IMG/VR virus record: IMGVR_UViG_3300010965_000001
Coordinates: 96,001 to 160,000 of that record
DNA: 64,000 nt
Direction: 5' to 3' (one strand)
From: a virus
Taxonomy: Duplodnaviria > Caudoviricetes
In this document: positions 27,101 through 36,900 of the stretch, piece by piece
Position numbering within the stretch: the stretch's first letter is position 1
How the letters are laid out: each line of letters opens with the position of its first letter
The notes under the pieces: model-generated
The model's database searches: none
Told to the model about the DNA's origin: nothing
The model's input: only the letters and a program-made list of their open reading frames with translations
Translations under genes and position numbers: made by a program

Positions 27101-27644
27101 GATACTTCTCCCCGAAGGACTTCTCAAAATCTTCATACATCTGTTTGAGAACATTGTCCATTCGTTCTTTGTAGTGATTCACATCACCCTGTCCTAACTT
27201 CCACGTTTCATACTGTATTGATGCAAGTTGCTCATTTACGACATCAACATTGGTTGTGCCTTCTTCAAGTCGAATTTTTTCTTCTTTGACCTGTTGTTCA
27301 CAATCTCTGATAAACGAACGAATATTTTCTTTCACTTTATTCTTTTCATATTCTTCGTACTTACCAGCAATACGTAATTGAGTTTCCATTTCAATGACAC
27401 AATCGAAACACATATTATGTAACCAATACATCTTATTGTCTAACTTTTTATTCATTACATGCTTACATTTTGGACACCATAAGGGCATTCGTGCAAATTC
27501 CATGAATGATTCTTTCGGTGCTTCTTTTGCTTTCGGACCATCCAACTCAGGAGTCCAACCAAATTGTAATGTGTTTGTATACTTTGTCAAAAATCCATCG
27601 ATTTTCGCTTTAACTCTATCTTGTTCTGTACCTTTACCAGCCAT
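27069..27644 (-). CDS. Zn-ribbon and coiled-coil hypothetical protein
   Basis: Start reassigned to MAGKG at 27644 (SD GAGG); WCPKC...MCFDC. Confidence 0.6.
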   Translation of the reverse strand: MAGKGTEQDRVKAKIDGFLTKYTNTLQFGWTPELDGPKAKEAPKESFMEFARMPLWCPKCKHVMNKKLDNKMYWLHNMCFDCVIEMETQLRIAGKYEEYEKNKVKENIRSFIRDCEQQVKEEKIRLEEGTTNVDVVNEQLASIQYETWKLGQGDVNHYKERMDNVLKQMYEDFEKSFGEKYHATVDSNVIQ

Positions 27645-27660
27645 GTATAACCTCTTCTTT

Positions 27661-30402
27661 TTAGTTTGTATCGTATTGTGCAAGTTCTTGTGGAATTGCA
27701 AATGGTGTTGTTTTCACCGTCTTCACATATTCTTTAAAAATTGCGTCTCTTAATTTTGGAAATTTAAATTGTGGACTCATCATCTTTGTAAACATCGTTT
27801 CAAATGTGCTGACATCTGCATAAGAAATCGGGTCTTTGAATAAATAACGTAACATCTTCTCAGGGTCCGTTTCGATTGTCTTAACATCCAATTTAACACG
27901 TTTACCCTTTGCGTCCATTGTATAAGTTACCAATTGTAATCCATTTTTGAAATCCAATTGATACTTCTGCTTAATTGCAGGGTCTTTTGTATTCATGTTA
28001 ATAACTGCAAAGGCTGATGTTAATAAGTAGTTACGATGTGCTGCTTTCAGCCCTGCTCTTGTACCTTGTGCACCACTCATTACCTTTTCCATCCAAGGGA
28101 CGTTACCAATCATAAAGTCAATCTGAATTGATTCTCCCATGAACTTGTTATGGTCATCTACTACAGGTGCCTTAAATGATATTTGAATCAATCCAGTATT
28201 AATAACCCACACAATGGATGGGTCACTACTTTCCGTAGGTGTCCTGCGTTTGTATTCTTTCAATCCTAACTTATTCATATACTTTCTAAGTGCATCGAAG
28301 AATGTATCCTTGTCAAATGGTTCTTTAAGCCCGATATACTTTGCCATTGCATTAATATCAACTGCAATATCAACGTCATTCATTTCAGGTTTCAAATAAT
28401 TTCCGATGTGTCTGTATTGTAACCCATGCATCTTAATTGAATCGATACAATTTTGAATAGTAGCATCTCTGTATTGGACAGGCATGTTAGGAAGAGGTCC
28501 AAATGATGTACCACCTTCAGTCAATCGTTTCTTTTGAATCTGCTCCATGAGGTTTTTTAATTTCATGTTCTTCCTTTCAGCAATTTGTTTTTTAATATAC
28601 TTGTCCGCCACAGATTCTGGACTTTCGTTCTTTAATAGTTCCAATGCCTTTCCAAGTTTTGTAGATACTAATTGAAAATATTTAATTGTATCTTCCTTCT
28701 TCTTAGGAATCTGAATGTACTTGTCCGCATTTTGGTCAAAGTCTATTTTGATTTTCTGTAAACCATCACTCAACTGAATAAGCAAATCTCTAATTTGAGA
28801 AGGGTTCTGTTTAATCTGTTTACTGATTGAACGGTCTAACATACTAATCTGTTCCATGTAATGCCAATTCAAATTCTTTCGTTTAAGGAATTGACTCTTG
28901 TCGATAACCTTAACCATAGAACCATCGGGTGCTTTGAATACGACACCTTCAATTTCATCACCGAAGTGCGACTTGTAAGTTTGAAGTGCTTTAAGCATTT
29001 CATCCTTATTAGACATTGCGATAGTTTTCACAACATTGAGAATCTTTGTCTTTAATTCTTTTGTTTTTGGTGTTGTTCTGCTGTTAATAATCGTGTCATA
29101 CTTCTGAATGATTTTTGCCAACTTCTCAACGTGCTTAAATTTAACTGCACCAACCCCAACTTTAGGAGTTGCTGTAAACTTTGTTTCTCCCTGAGAGGAA
29201 AGATTTGCTGCGAATTTTTCGACTTGTGCACGGTCTAATCCTTTTCCATCTGCGATAACATGGATGATAATGAATACACCTTTACCAATCTTCTCTTGAC
29301 TGTATAATGTTACGTTGGAATCGTATGATGCAATTCCTTCACCCTTAACAGATACAGTGTTAACTTTATGTCCAACTGCGTTACCAACGGCACCCAATAT
29401 ATTGATATTTTGTAGTCGTTCGTGGAATAAACGGAAATCATCGAACATGAAATTTTCTGCATAATCGGTTGATTGACGTGCTTTTGTATTTCGTGATGAA
29501 GTATAGAATCCTTCTTCATCTACACCAAATTCCATATCCTTCCCATCAACCTTTTCCGTTACTTCAAATCCTTGATTATTTTCGTTCCATGCTTTTAAGA
29601 AGTTGAGTAATTCCGCGGGAGAAAGGTCTTCAAAGTGCATCAACCCTCCTCTGCGTTCTTCTTTTAATGGTTCTTCCGAAGGATTTAATTTATTTCCTAA
29701 TTCATCCACTGATACGGATTCATCATTATATTTCAAGTCCAACGATTCACGTAAATTTTTAGTCAACATATCAAACAACTTTTTAACGGTTGTTGGGTCT
29801 ACGTTTGGATAATTTGTTGCAAAGTGTTTGTAATCTTTATTTACGATGTCTTTACGTAAAATTGTCGCACTAATTGGTTGACCACTCAATCCATCGGTTC
29901 TACGTCCGTAGACGATTGGTTGTGGCACAGGAAGAAGGATTGCCGTAATACCTTGTGGAGTATGTTTTCCATCACGAGTACCAACAGTCTTATATTTACC
30001 ATTTATAGTTGTAACAAACTCATTACTTCTCTTTTGGTCATTCTCTTTATCACTTGCACCAAGAGCAATCTTCCCAACCATATCTTGTGGAAGTGCTAAC
30101 ACATGCTCATATGCCGTTTGCACAGGTGATTCATATGCAGATGCCATAACTTTGATTTTTGGATTAAGTTTCAATGTCTTCAAAACCATCAAACTTTGTT
30201 TCTGCGTAACACCTTCACGTTCTTTTGGACTTACAAATACTAAGACCTGTGAAACTTCAGGATGTGCCGCATATTGATTTGCAATATGTAAGTGACCACC
30301 ATGCGGAGGTTTATATCCGCCGGGAAGCAATACTGTAATATCTCCTTGTTGCTCAAAGAGGAATGGTGCTACCATTTTCCGTGTAAGTTGTTCTATATTC
30401 AT
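27661..30402 (-). CDS. Three-domain enzyme: HIGH-type nucleotidyltransferase, ligase-like (KxDG) domain and Pol-beta-like nucleotidyltransferase
   Basis: PGGYKPPHGGH...ISATILR; HFEDL..VTEKVDG...IEGVVFK..VKVID; LTEGG...IGN..PEMNDVDIAVD...QIDFM. Confidence 0.7.
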   Translation of the reverse strand: MNIEQLTRKMVAPFLFEQQGDITVLLPGGYKPPHGGHLHIANQYAAHPEVSQVLVFVSPKEREGVTQKQSLMVLKTLKLNPKIKVMASAYESPVQTAYEHVLALPQDMVGKIALGASDKENDQKRSNEFVTTINGKYKTVGTRDGKHTPQGITAILLPVPQPIVYGRRTDGLSGQPISATILRKDIVNKDYKHFATNYPNVDPTTVKKLFDMLTKNLRESLDLKYNDESVSVDELGNKLNPSEEPLKEERRGGLMHFEDLSPAELLNFLKAWNENNQGFEVTEKVDGKDMEFGVDEEGFYTSSRNTKARQSTDYAENFMFDDFRLFHERLQNINILGAVGNAVGHKVNTVSVKGEGIASYDSNVTLYSQEKIGKGVFIIIHVIADGKGLDRAQVEKFAANLSSQGETKFTATPKVGVGAVKFKHVEKLAKIIQKYDTIINSRTTPKTKELKTKILNVVKTIAMSNKDEMLKALQTYKSHFGDEIEGVVFKAPDGSMVKVIDKSQFLKRKNLNWHYMEQISMLDRSISKQIKQNPSQIRDLLIQLSDGLQKIKIDFDQNADKYIQIPKKKEDTIKYFQLVSTKLGKALELLKNESPESVADKYIKKQIAERKNMKLKNLMEQIQKKRLTEGGTSFGPLPNMPVQYRDATIQNCIDSIKMHGLQYRHIGNYLKPEMNDVDIAVDINAMAKYIGLKEPFDKDTFFDALRKYMNKLGLKEYKRRTPTESSDPSIVWVINTGLIQISFKAPVVDDHNKFMGESIQIDFMIGNVPWMEKVMSGAQGTRAGLKAAHRNYLLTSAFAVINMNTKDPAIKQKYQLDFKNGLQLVTYTMDAKGKRVKLDVKTIETDPEKMLRYLFKDPISYADVSTFETMFTKMMSPQFKFPKLRDAIFKEYVKTVKTTPFAIPQELAQYDTN

Positions 30403-30462
30403 ATGTATAAATATTAAGATTAATTGGATTTAATGTCGATTTTTACATTTAATACTCATTTA

Positions 30463-32967
30463 TTACCATGTCGTTAATGCTGTTCTTACCCATGCGTTAC
30501 TTCCTGTGCAGACATAAATATAATTTGCAGTATATCTTATTTCACCAAGTGTACCCGAAGATGATATACTTGCTGGTTCTGTTTGAAGTGCTGAGACACG
30601 ATACCCACTTGTTGTTGTCACTGAACCAGTTGTAATTAAACTCTGTGAAATATGAACGTTTCCATTTGGGTATGCTATCAACGATGCGCCATTGTATAGA
30701 CCAGTAGAACTTGGAATATTACCACCAATTGCAACAGTTCCATCATATTTGATTTTTACTTGAACATTAAGTCCACCGTTTGGTAATGTATTTCCAGCCG
30801 TGCCGTTTGTAAAAAATCTAAACTGTCCTTCGTCACCTTGAAAATAGAATAACCCACCTGCACCATTTGCTCTGTATTTAAACACACCACCGTTGTAATA
30901 TATATTATCCGCCATCCACACATTATTAAATGCAAATGGTTGAAATTCCAAAGACCCCATTTTAAGTGACGAATCAGATGAATTGTATGCCCCAATTACA
31001 GATTGACTTGCAATCGTTACCATACCTGTTGAATCGGCGACCAATGTTGAACCAGAAAAATTTGAGGTAGTTGAGTTAATAGTTCCACCAAGAGCAACTG
31101 TTCCATTGGCATTGATTTTAAGTTGAACTGCCAATCCATTTGTGACGGCTCCTCCAGCTGCACCTGCTGGGAAAAATCTAAACTGTCCTTCTGTTCCCTG
31201 AAAATAAAACAATCCACCCGCACCAGCTGCCCTATATCTAAATGCCCCATTGTAATATATATTTTCAGATAACCACCCATTGTTTAATGCATATGGTTGA
31301 AATTCTAACGACCCAATTTTTACGGTGGACTCAGTTGTGTTAAATGATGCAATTGATGCTGACCCATTTAGTTTAAGATACCCATTTATTGTTTCATTCC
31401 CGATGAATGTATTGGACCCAGTTGTTGCAAAGGTAGACGCATTAAGTGATGACACATGTGATGCCGTTACAGCATAGGATGCGGTTCCTTGGAGTGGACC
31501 GTTAAATGTGCCAAGTGCTGTAATGTTAGATGCGGTTATATTTCCAGTTAATGAAAGACTTCCACCATACGTTGAGTATGATACAGATGATGGTTGTGCT
31601 ATCAAGTCTCTAACTCGTGAATCTGTTAAACCAGAACCAGTAGTAGACCAAGTTATACCATTGTCAGTAGACTTTATAACTCCACCTGGATTACATGCCA
31701 AATATAATGTTCCATTAATTGATGTCATTGATGTATATGCCGTTGATAACGGCGTCGTCCCACACATACCCCACGACACACTATCAGAAGAACTATAGAT
31801 ACCTACACCATAATGTGATATATAAAGTTTTCCATTGTGAACTACCATTGCAACCGACTCTGCACTCGATGCTGTTACAAATCTATCCCATGACACACCC
31901 GCATTTGAAGTTCTGAACAATCCATAATTTGTTGACGTATATAGATATGACGCAGACTCCACGAACGAATACATTGTCGGTGCTGATGGTATTCCAGTTC
32001 CCCTACCTACCCACGAACCACCGTCTGGTGTACGTGCTATTAAAGCGGTATTATTTCCAGTTATGGCGACAAACGTATAACCTCGATGGCAATACACCAA
32101 ATATCCACGATTGAATGTGTTATATGCGGCCGCTGGAACCCACGATGCCCCATTAGTTGAAGAAGAGTACAATTGTGGAATTGTCGATGCCCCTCCTCCA
32201 TCATTTGCAACAAAAAGTGTTGAACCAGAAACTGCAACGTCCAATGGTATGGAAGGAGGAGTTCCTCCTGCGGCTGCCCACGTTTGTCCACTATTTGCAG
32301 ACACGTACATACCGTTATTGGTTGCAGCGAACAGGTGTGTACCACTTGTGGAAAATGCCAACGATTTGACATCAGTAGACCCTGGTAAACCGCTACTCGA
32401 TGCTACCCATGAGGCGCCAGTATTCGCCGATTTATACATTCCAGTTGCCTGCATACCTGCATATAAAAATATACTACCATGTGTAGTATCAGTCTTTGAA
32501 CGTATAGCCACGTCACCACCGTTAATCGTTTCATAACCGTTAAATGTGTTAGATGCGGTGGTTGCAAGTGCGGTTACATCGATAGTCTGTGAAACTGGTG
32601 ACCAACTTGCTGACACTGCCATATACGAATTTTCTGCTTGAAGTGCATAACTACTACTCAACACGGTCATTGAACTTGTTTGCGTAATTAACACAAATGA
32701 ACTTGTATCAATCGTCGTACTACTTCCAGCGTTGAGTGCATATGATGATGTAAGTGCATAACTACTACTTAAAACAGTCATGCTTGCAGTTTGATTGGTT
32801 AGTACGAAGGAAGATGTGTCAGTAATCCCTCCTCCTCCGCCATTGATTGCATACGATGCTGTTAATGCATATGAGGAGGTACCAAATAAACTTGATGTTA
32901 TACTTGATACAGTTAATGAGCTACTAACTGTCAACGAATTTGTATTTAAATTACCTTTAAGTTTCAT
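30463..32967 (-). CDS. Tail fibre / adhesin with an ASYA stalk, a BNR beta-propeller and a duplicated C-terminal module
   Basis: SSYALTASYA repeats; SxNxGxSW/TW Asp-box repeats; two ~100-aa copies of GSLEFQP..NIYYNG..GGLFYFQG.EGQFRFF. Confidence 0.7.
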   Translation of the reverse strand: MKLKGNLNTNSLTVSSSLTVSSITSSLFGTSSYALTASYAINGGGGGITDTSSFVLTNQTASMTVLSSSYALTSSYALNAGSSTTIDTSSFVLITQTSSMTVLSSSYALQAENSYMAVSASWSPVSQTIDVTALATTASNTFNGYETINGGDVAIRSKTDTTHGSIFLYAGMQATGMYKSANTGASWVASSSGLPGSTDVKSLAFSTSGTHLFAATNNGMYVSANSGQTWAAAGGTPPSIPLDVAVSGSTLFVANDGGGASTIPQLYSSSTNGASWVPAAAYNTFNRGYLVYCHRGYTFVAITGNNTALIARTPDGGSWVGRGTGIPSAPTMYSFVESASYLYTSTNYGLFRTSNAGVSWDRFVTASSAESVAMVVHNGKLYISHYGVGIYSSSDSVSWGMCGTTPLSTAYTSMTSINGTLYLACNPGGVIKSTDNGITWSTTGSGLTDSRVRDLIAQPSSVSYSTYGGSLSLTGNITASNITALGTFNGPLQGTASYAVTASHVSSLNASTFATTGSNTFIGNETINGYLKLNGSASIASFNTTESTVKIGSLEFQPYALNNGWLSENIYYNGAFRYRAAGAGGLFYFQGTEGQFRFFPAGAAGGAVTNGLAVQLKINANGTVALGGTINSTTSNFSGSTLVADSTGMVTIASQSVIGAYNSSDSSLKMGSLEFQPFAFNNVWMADNIYYNGGVFKYRANGAGGLFYFQGDEGQFRFFTNGTAGNTLPNGGLNVQVKIKYDGTVAIGGNIPSSTGLYNGASLIAYPNGNVHISQSLITTGSVTTTSGYRVSALQTEPASISSSGTLGEIRYTANYIYVCTGSNAWVRTALTTW

Positions 32968-32982
32968 ATTTTTCCAATAATA

Positions 32983-33948
32983 TTATGCTTCGACAAAATA
33001 ACCAACTACATTACTCTGTAATGAGCCAGTCCATTTAAATGAATCAATTGTTGTTGTATAAAATGTACTTCCGACTCCACACCAAACGTATGGAAAGTGT
33101 GTTTTTACGAATCCAGGTGCTGCACTTGCAGGTAATCCAGTATTAACTGCTACCCACGTTGCCACGCCGACACTTGAGGTTGCCATTCCTCCACCATTAG
33201 TTGTTGTTATTACTGTACTGCCAGTTACCGCCATTTTCATGGAATATATATTTGGCAATCCATTTGTAGTATTTGATATTGACCAAGTACTTCCACTGTC
33301 ATTTGAACGATAGATTCCGTTGTTGCCACCCATATAAATATATGAACCAGCATCAACACCACCGAGAAAATAATATCCTCCACCAGTTAATTGAACCCAA
33401 ACCGCTGAACCAGTTAAACTTGTTCTATAAATACCGTTGAGTGTTGCCGCAAATAACCACGATTCGCCATATTGAACAATATGGTATGTGTTCTTTAATC
33501 CGTTTCCTGCACCAGTACCAAGACCAACACTTGCAGCACCCCATGTTACTCCATTATTTGATGATGAGAATATTCCACCATCAGTTCCCACCCACAATTT
33601 AGCATATGTAATTGTTGGAAAATAATGAATTGAACGAATTCCAGAAGTTATTCCACTTGTCGTAGATACCCATGACAACTTACTACCAGTTAAAGAGGTT
33701 CGATACACACCACCATCTGTACCAGCCCAAAGAAATGTATTTGGTTGTGCGGCTAACCACTGAACATATAGATTACCAAGACCAGTGATGTACAGTGTCG
33801 GTGACCATGTAGTTCCGTTATTAGAGGATGTATAGACACCACCAGATGCACCATACGAACCACCATATAATTTAGTTGGTATTGCTGGAACTTCAGTATA
33901 TACAATATCTACTTGTCCTTGAAACATTGCAAATGGAAAATTTATCAT
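32983..33948 (-). CDS. Single beta-propeller protein, probable fibre-tip partner
   Basis: Start reassigned to MINFPFAMF at 33948 (SD GAGGG); repeats of LWAGTDGGVYRTS / SSNNGVTW. Confidence 0.6.
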   Translation of the reverse strand: MINFPFAMFQGQVDIVYTEVPAIPTKLYGGSYGASGGVYTSSNNGTTWSPTLYITGLGNLYVQWLAAQPNTFLWAGTDGGVYRTSLTGSKLSWVSTTSGITSGIRSIHYFPTITYAKLWVGTDGGIFSSSNNGVTWGAASVGLGTGAGNGLKNTYHIVQYGESWLFAATLNGIYRTSLTGSAVWVQLTGGGYYFLGGVDAGSYIYMGGNNGIYRSNDSGSTWSISNTTNGLPNIYSMKMAVTGSTVITTTNGGGMATSSVGVATWVAVNTGLPASAAPGFVKTHFPYVWCGVGSTFYTTTIDSFKWTGSLQSNVVGYFVEA

Positions 33949-33956
33949 AAACCCTC

Positions 33957-36900
33957 TTAGAAATTCTGTGCTGACGCACCATATGTAAGTGAACCAACAC
34001 ATATAAATGTGTAAATATCTGTTTTACTTGTCGTAGCTGACGCTGTTGTTTGTGTTGGAACCGTGCCGCCCTTCCAAGTAATCGTTGCAGGCCACGATGC
34101 TGTAAATGCACTTGCCGAATTTGTCAGTATCACATTTAATGTTTGACCACTTGATGTGTTGCTAAATGTAAGTGTAGAATGTTGCGTAAGTTTTCGTGTA
34201 AACGTATTCCCAAGTGACCAATCGACATCAACGGCTGACATAGATACGGTTGACCCTATGACAGATTTTGATATAATTAAACTACCAGCGATTGCTTGAT
34301 TACCACTAAATGCATTAGAAGTTAACGTAGCAAACGAACCAGTTTGGTCACTCTTAACAAAGAATGACGCACTTACTACACTTAGTGGATTACCAAGTGA
34401 ACCATCTCCAGATAAAGTCGCATCCGTGACAACTGCTGATAGATAATTTCCAGCACTAACCGTTGTCTGACTGTATCTACTTCCAAGTAATTTATCAGTT
34501 TGAATTACACTCCAGTCATTTGCTCCAGTTTCCCGTATAATCACTCTCGCAACAAATACAAATTCTGGTATCATCGTGGATATTGCCGTAGTATTCAAAC
34601 TTGATGGAGTCAATGCTTGAATTGTCGATAGTGTAGTACTTTGTGTTTGCCCGTGGAACCATACATATCTGTATTTTTGTGACTCGGTATCAGATGTAAC
34701 GGGAACTGCAACTAACCATATCGTAGCATATGCGTTGTTTGGTAATGTCGTTCTTTGCCATACCGTGCCAGTATATTGATTGTACGTTGCACTAATTCCA
34801 CTAACAGGTACGAATTCTGCCGATTCGGTCTGGAATGAACCAGTTCCATTTACACCACTTCCAGTCAAATAGAATAACGTATAAGAGCCAGATAATGCAG
34901 TTAGATTGGTTGCAAGGTCTTCATCTTTGATGGTGGCGATTGACATGGTTGGTCTACGAAGTGAAGGTGTAACGGAATTAAGCGTTAAACCACTCACATC
35001 TGCACCAGAACTTAGATACGTTCCAACTGTAGTATGAATTGCTTCATGTACTTGCCATTGCATTAAACCATGAACTTCACGTAGTGCAAACTTATCAGTT
35101 GAAGAATAACGTACCACTGCTATTTGTAATTTATCAAACGTCCACGGAGTTTGTGACCATGTATATGAAGCACCATCATATGATAAGAACCACGTTCCTT
35201 CTGTTGTATCATGTATAGATGATGTCCATCCACTAACCAATTCCTGTATAACTTGACCTTGCCAGTATGCTACTACCGTTCCAGTCAATACTATCTGACG
35301 TGAACCACTATATGTGACTATTATTGATGTAGGATTAACAAATCCAGTTGGGTCTTTGGTTACTTCGTTCATTGTATAGTATGATGCACTTTGTGCCATA
35401 ATTGCATATGATGAAGTACCAAGTAACGACCCAGTTATTCCCGCCGCAACATTTAATGAACCAGTAACCTGTACTATGTCTCCATAAACACGCATCGGAT
35501 AACTAAATACTCCCGCAGTTGCTACACCAAACCTCATAAATCCATTATTATCTACACCATTCCTAAACGTACCAATAGAACCAATAAAATTTTCTGTTGA
35601 ACCACTCTGTAACGTAAATGTCATACTGGAACCGAACCCGTTTACCATTGTATTGTTGGTATGTGCTCTTAATGTTAAAGTTCCTGTTTCACTGTTACCA
35701 GCCGTGTTGGCACGTTGTACCCTCAAAGGTGGGAACGTATCACTAACAAAGTATCCCTTGCCAGCCACATTCAAAGAACCACTGATAATTTCATTCCCAA
35801 CAAATATGTTAGAACCAGTTGTTGCGAATACACTTGTGTCGATTGTGGGTGCCCAACTTGCAGATACTGCATATGATGCACTTTCTGCCAATCCCAACAA
35901 TATGCTTGCGGTTGCAGCATATGATGCAGATACTACTAAGCCCGCACCAGTTGAAACTACAATCTCACCAGTAAATCTTCCATCGGGAATTTCAGATACT
36001 AAAATATCTACCGTAGTTGGACTTGTCTGCCGAATAGTATCTACACCAACTTGCTCATAATATCCACTGCTACTGTCCCACAACGATATTAATAATTCTT
36101 TTGAATTTAAATTATGTACAAATGATTGAGTGTAATATGGTGATGCCAATCCCCACGACGAAGATAAAAATGTTGCTGTATACGATGACCCAGGAAATCC
36201 TGCTCCACCACTTCCACCGTTAAGTGCATATGATGCTGTAAGTGCATACGATGCTGAAATAGATGAACCACCAGGTGCCCACGATGCGCTTAACGCATAT
36301 GATGAACTCAATACCAACATAGAACTTGTTGATACTGCTGATAAAAATCCCGTATGACCTGAACTTGCATAATCTAAATTAGTCAAGTCACTATGTGCAG
36401 TTACTCCAGTTGCTGAAAAATGAATATCAAATGCACTATCAACTTGTATTGCAGTTGATACACCTTCTTGGACAATTATACGTCCTACCAATATTCCCAT
36501 AGATGCTATTCCAGGAGGAATAGAAGATGGTGGTTGTGCTGCCTGTGCATCTGATAGTTTATTGGCGTTCAATGTTCCTAATAAAACACATGCATTGTTA
36601 TAAATAGAACTAGTGGGTCCACTTTGAATGTGGCGATATACCCAATGAGTATTATAATTATTATTACTTAACGATGCCGTAGTTATACCATTGTCATATG
36701 ATGATGAATTGAACGTACTTCCAGTAACATGCGTCCAAGCACTTGCGGAATGATAATATGTGTAAATTTTCTCTGTGTTAGGTAATATTTCTAATAATGT
36801 ATGACGAACAACACCCAACCACACTTTACCTTCTGTAACTGTAACATATGAACCAGTAGTCGATACTATTAATCCACTCTCTCTCGCGTATCGTTGAGTC

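Noticed and set aside
27661-30402. Calling the 913-aa protein a known NAD-reconstitution (NARP) or T4 Pnk/Rnl repair system
   Set aside because: No Nampt/Namat, PRPP-synthetase, kinase or phosphatase partner is visible. Only fold-level motifs are supported, so no named pathway is assigned.
30720-31330. Diversity-generating retroelement (template/variable repeat pair) in the fibre gene
   Set aside because: Both copies are in-frame coding, the differences are not adenine-specific, and there is no reverse transcriptase in the window.
1914-34002. Track start codons at 2630, 27154, 27701 and 34002
   Set aside because: These extensions overlap upstream genes or promoter motifs. The downstream ATGs at 2606, 27100, 27644 and 33948 have proper SD spacing.
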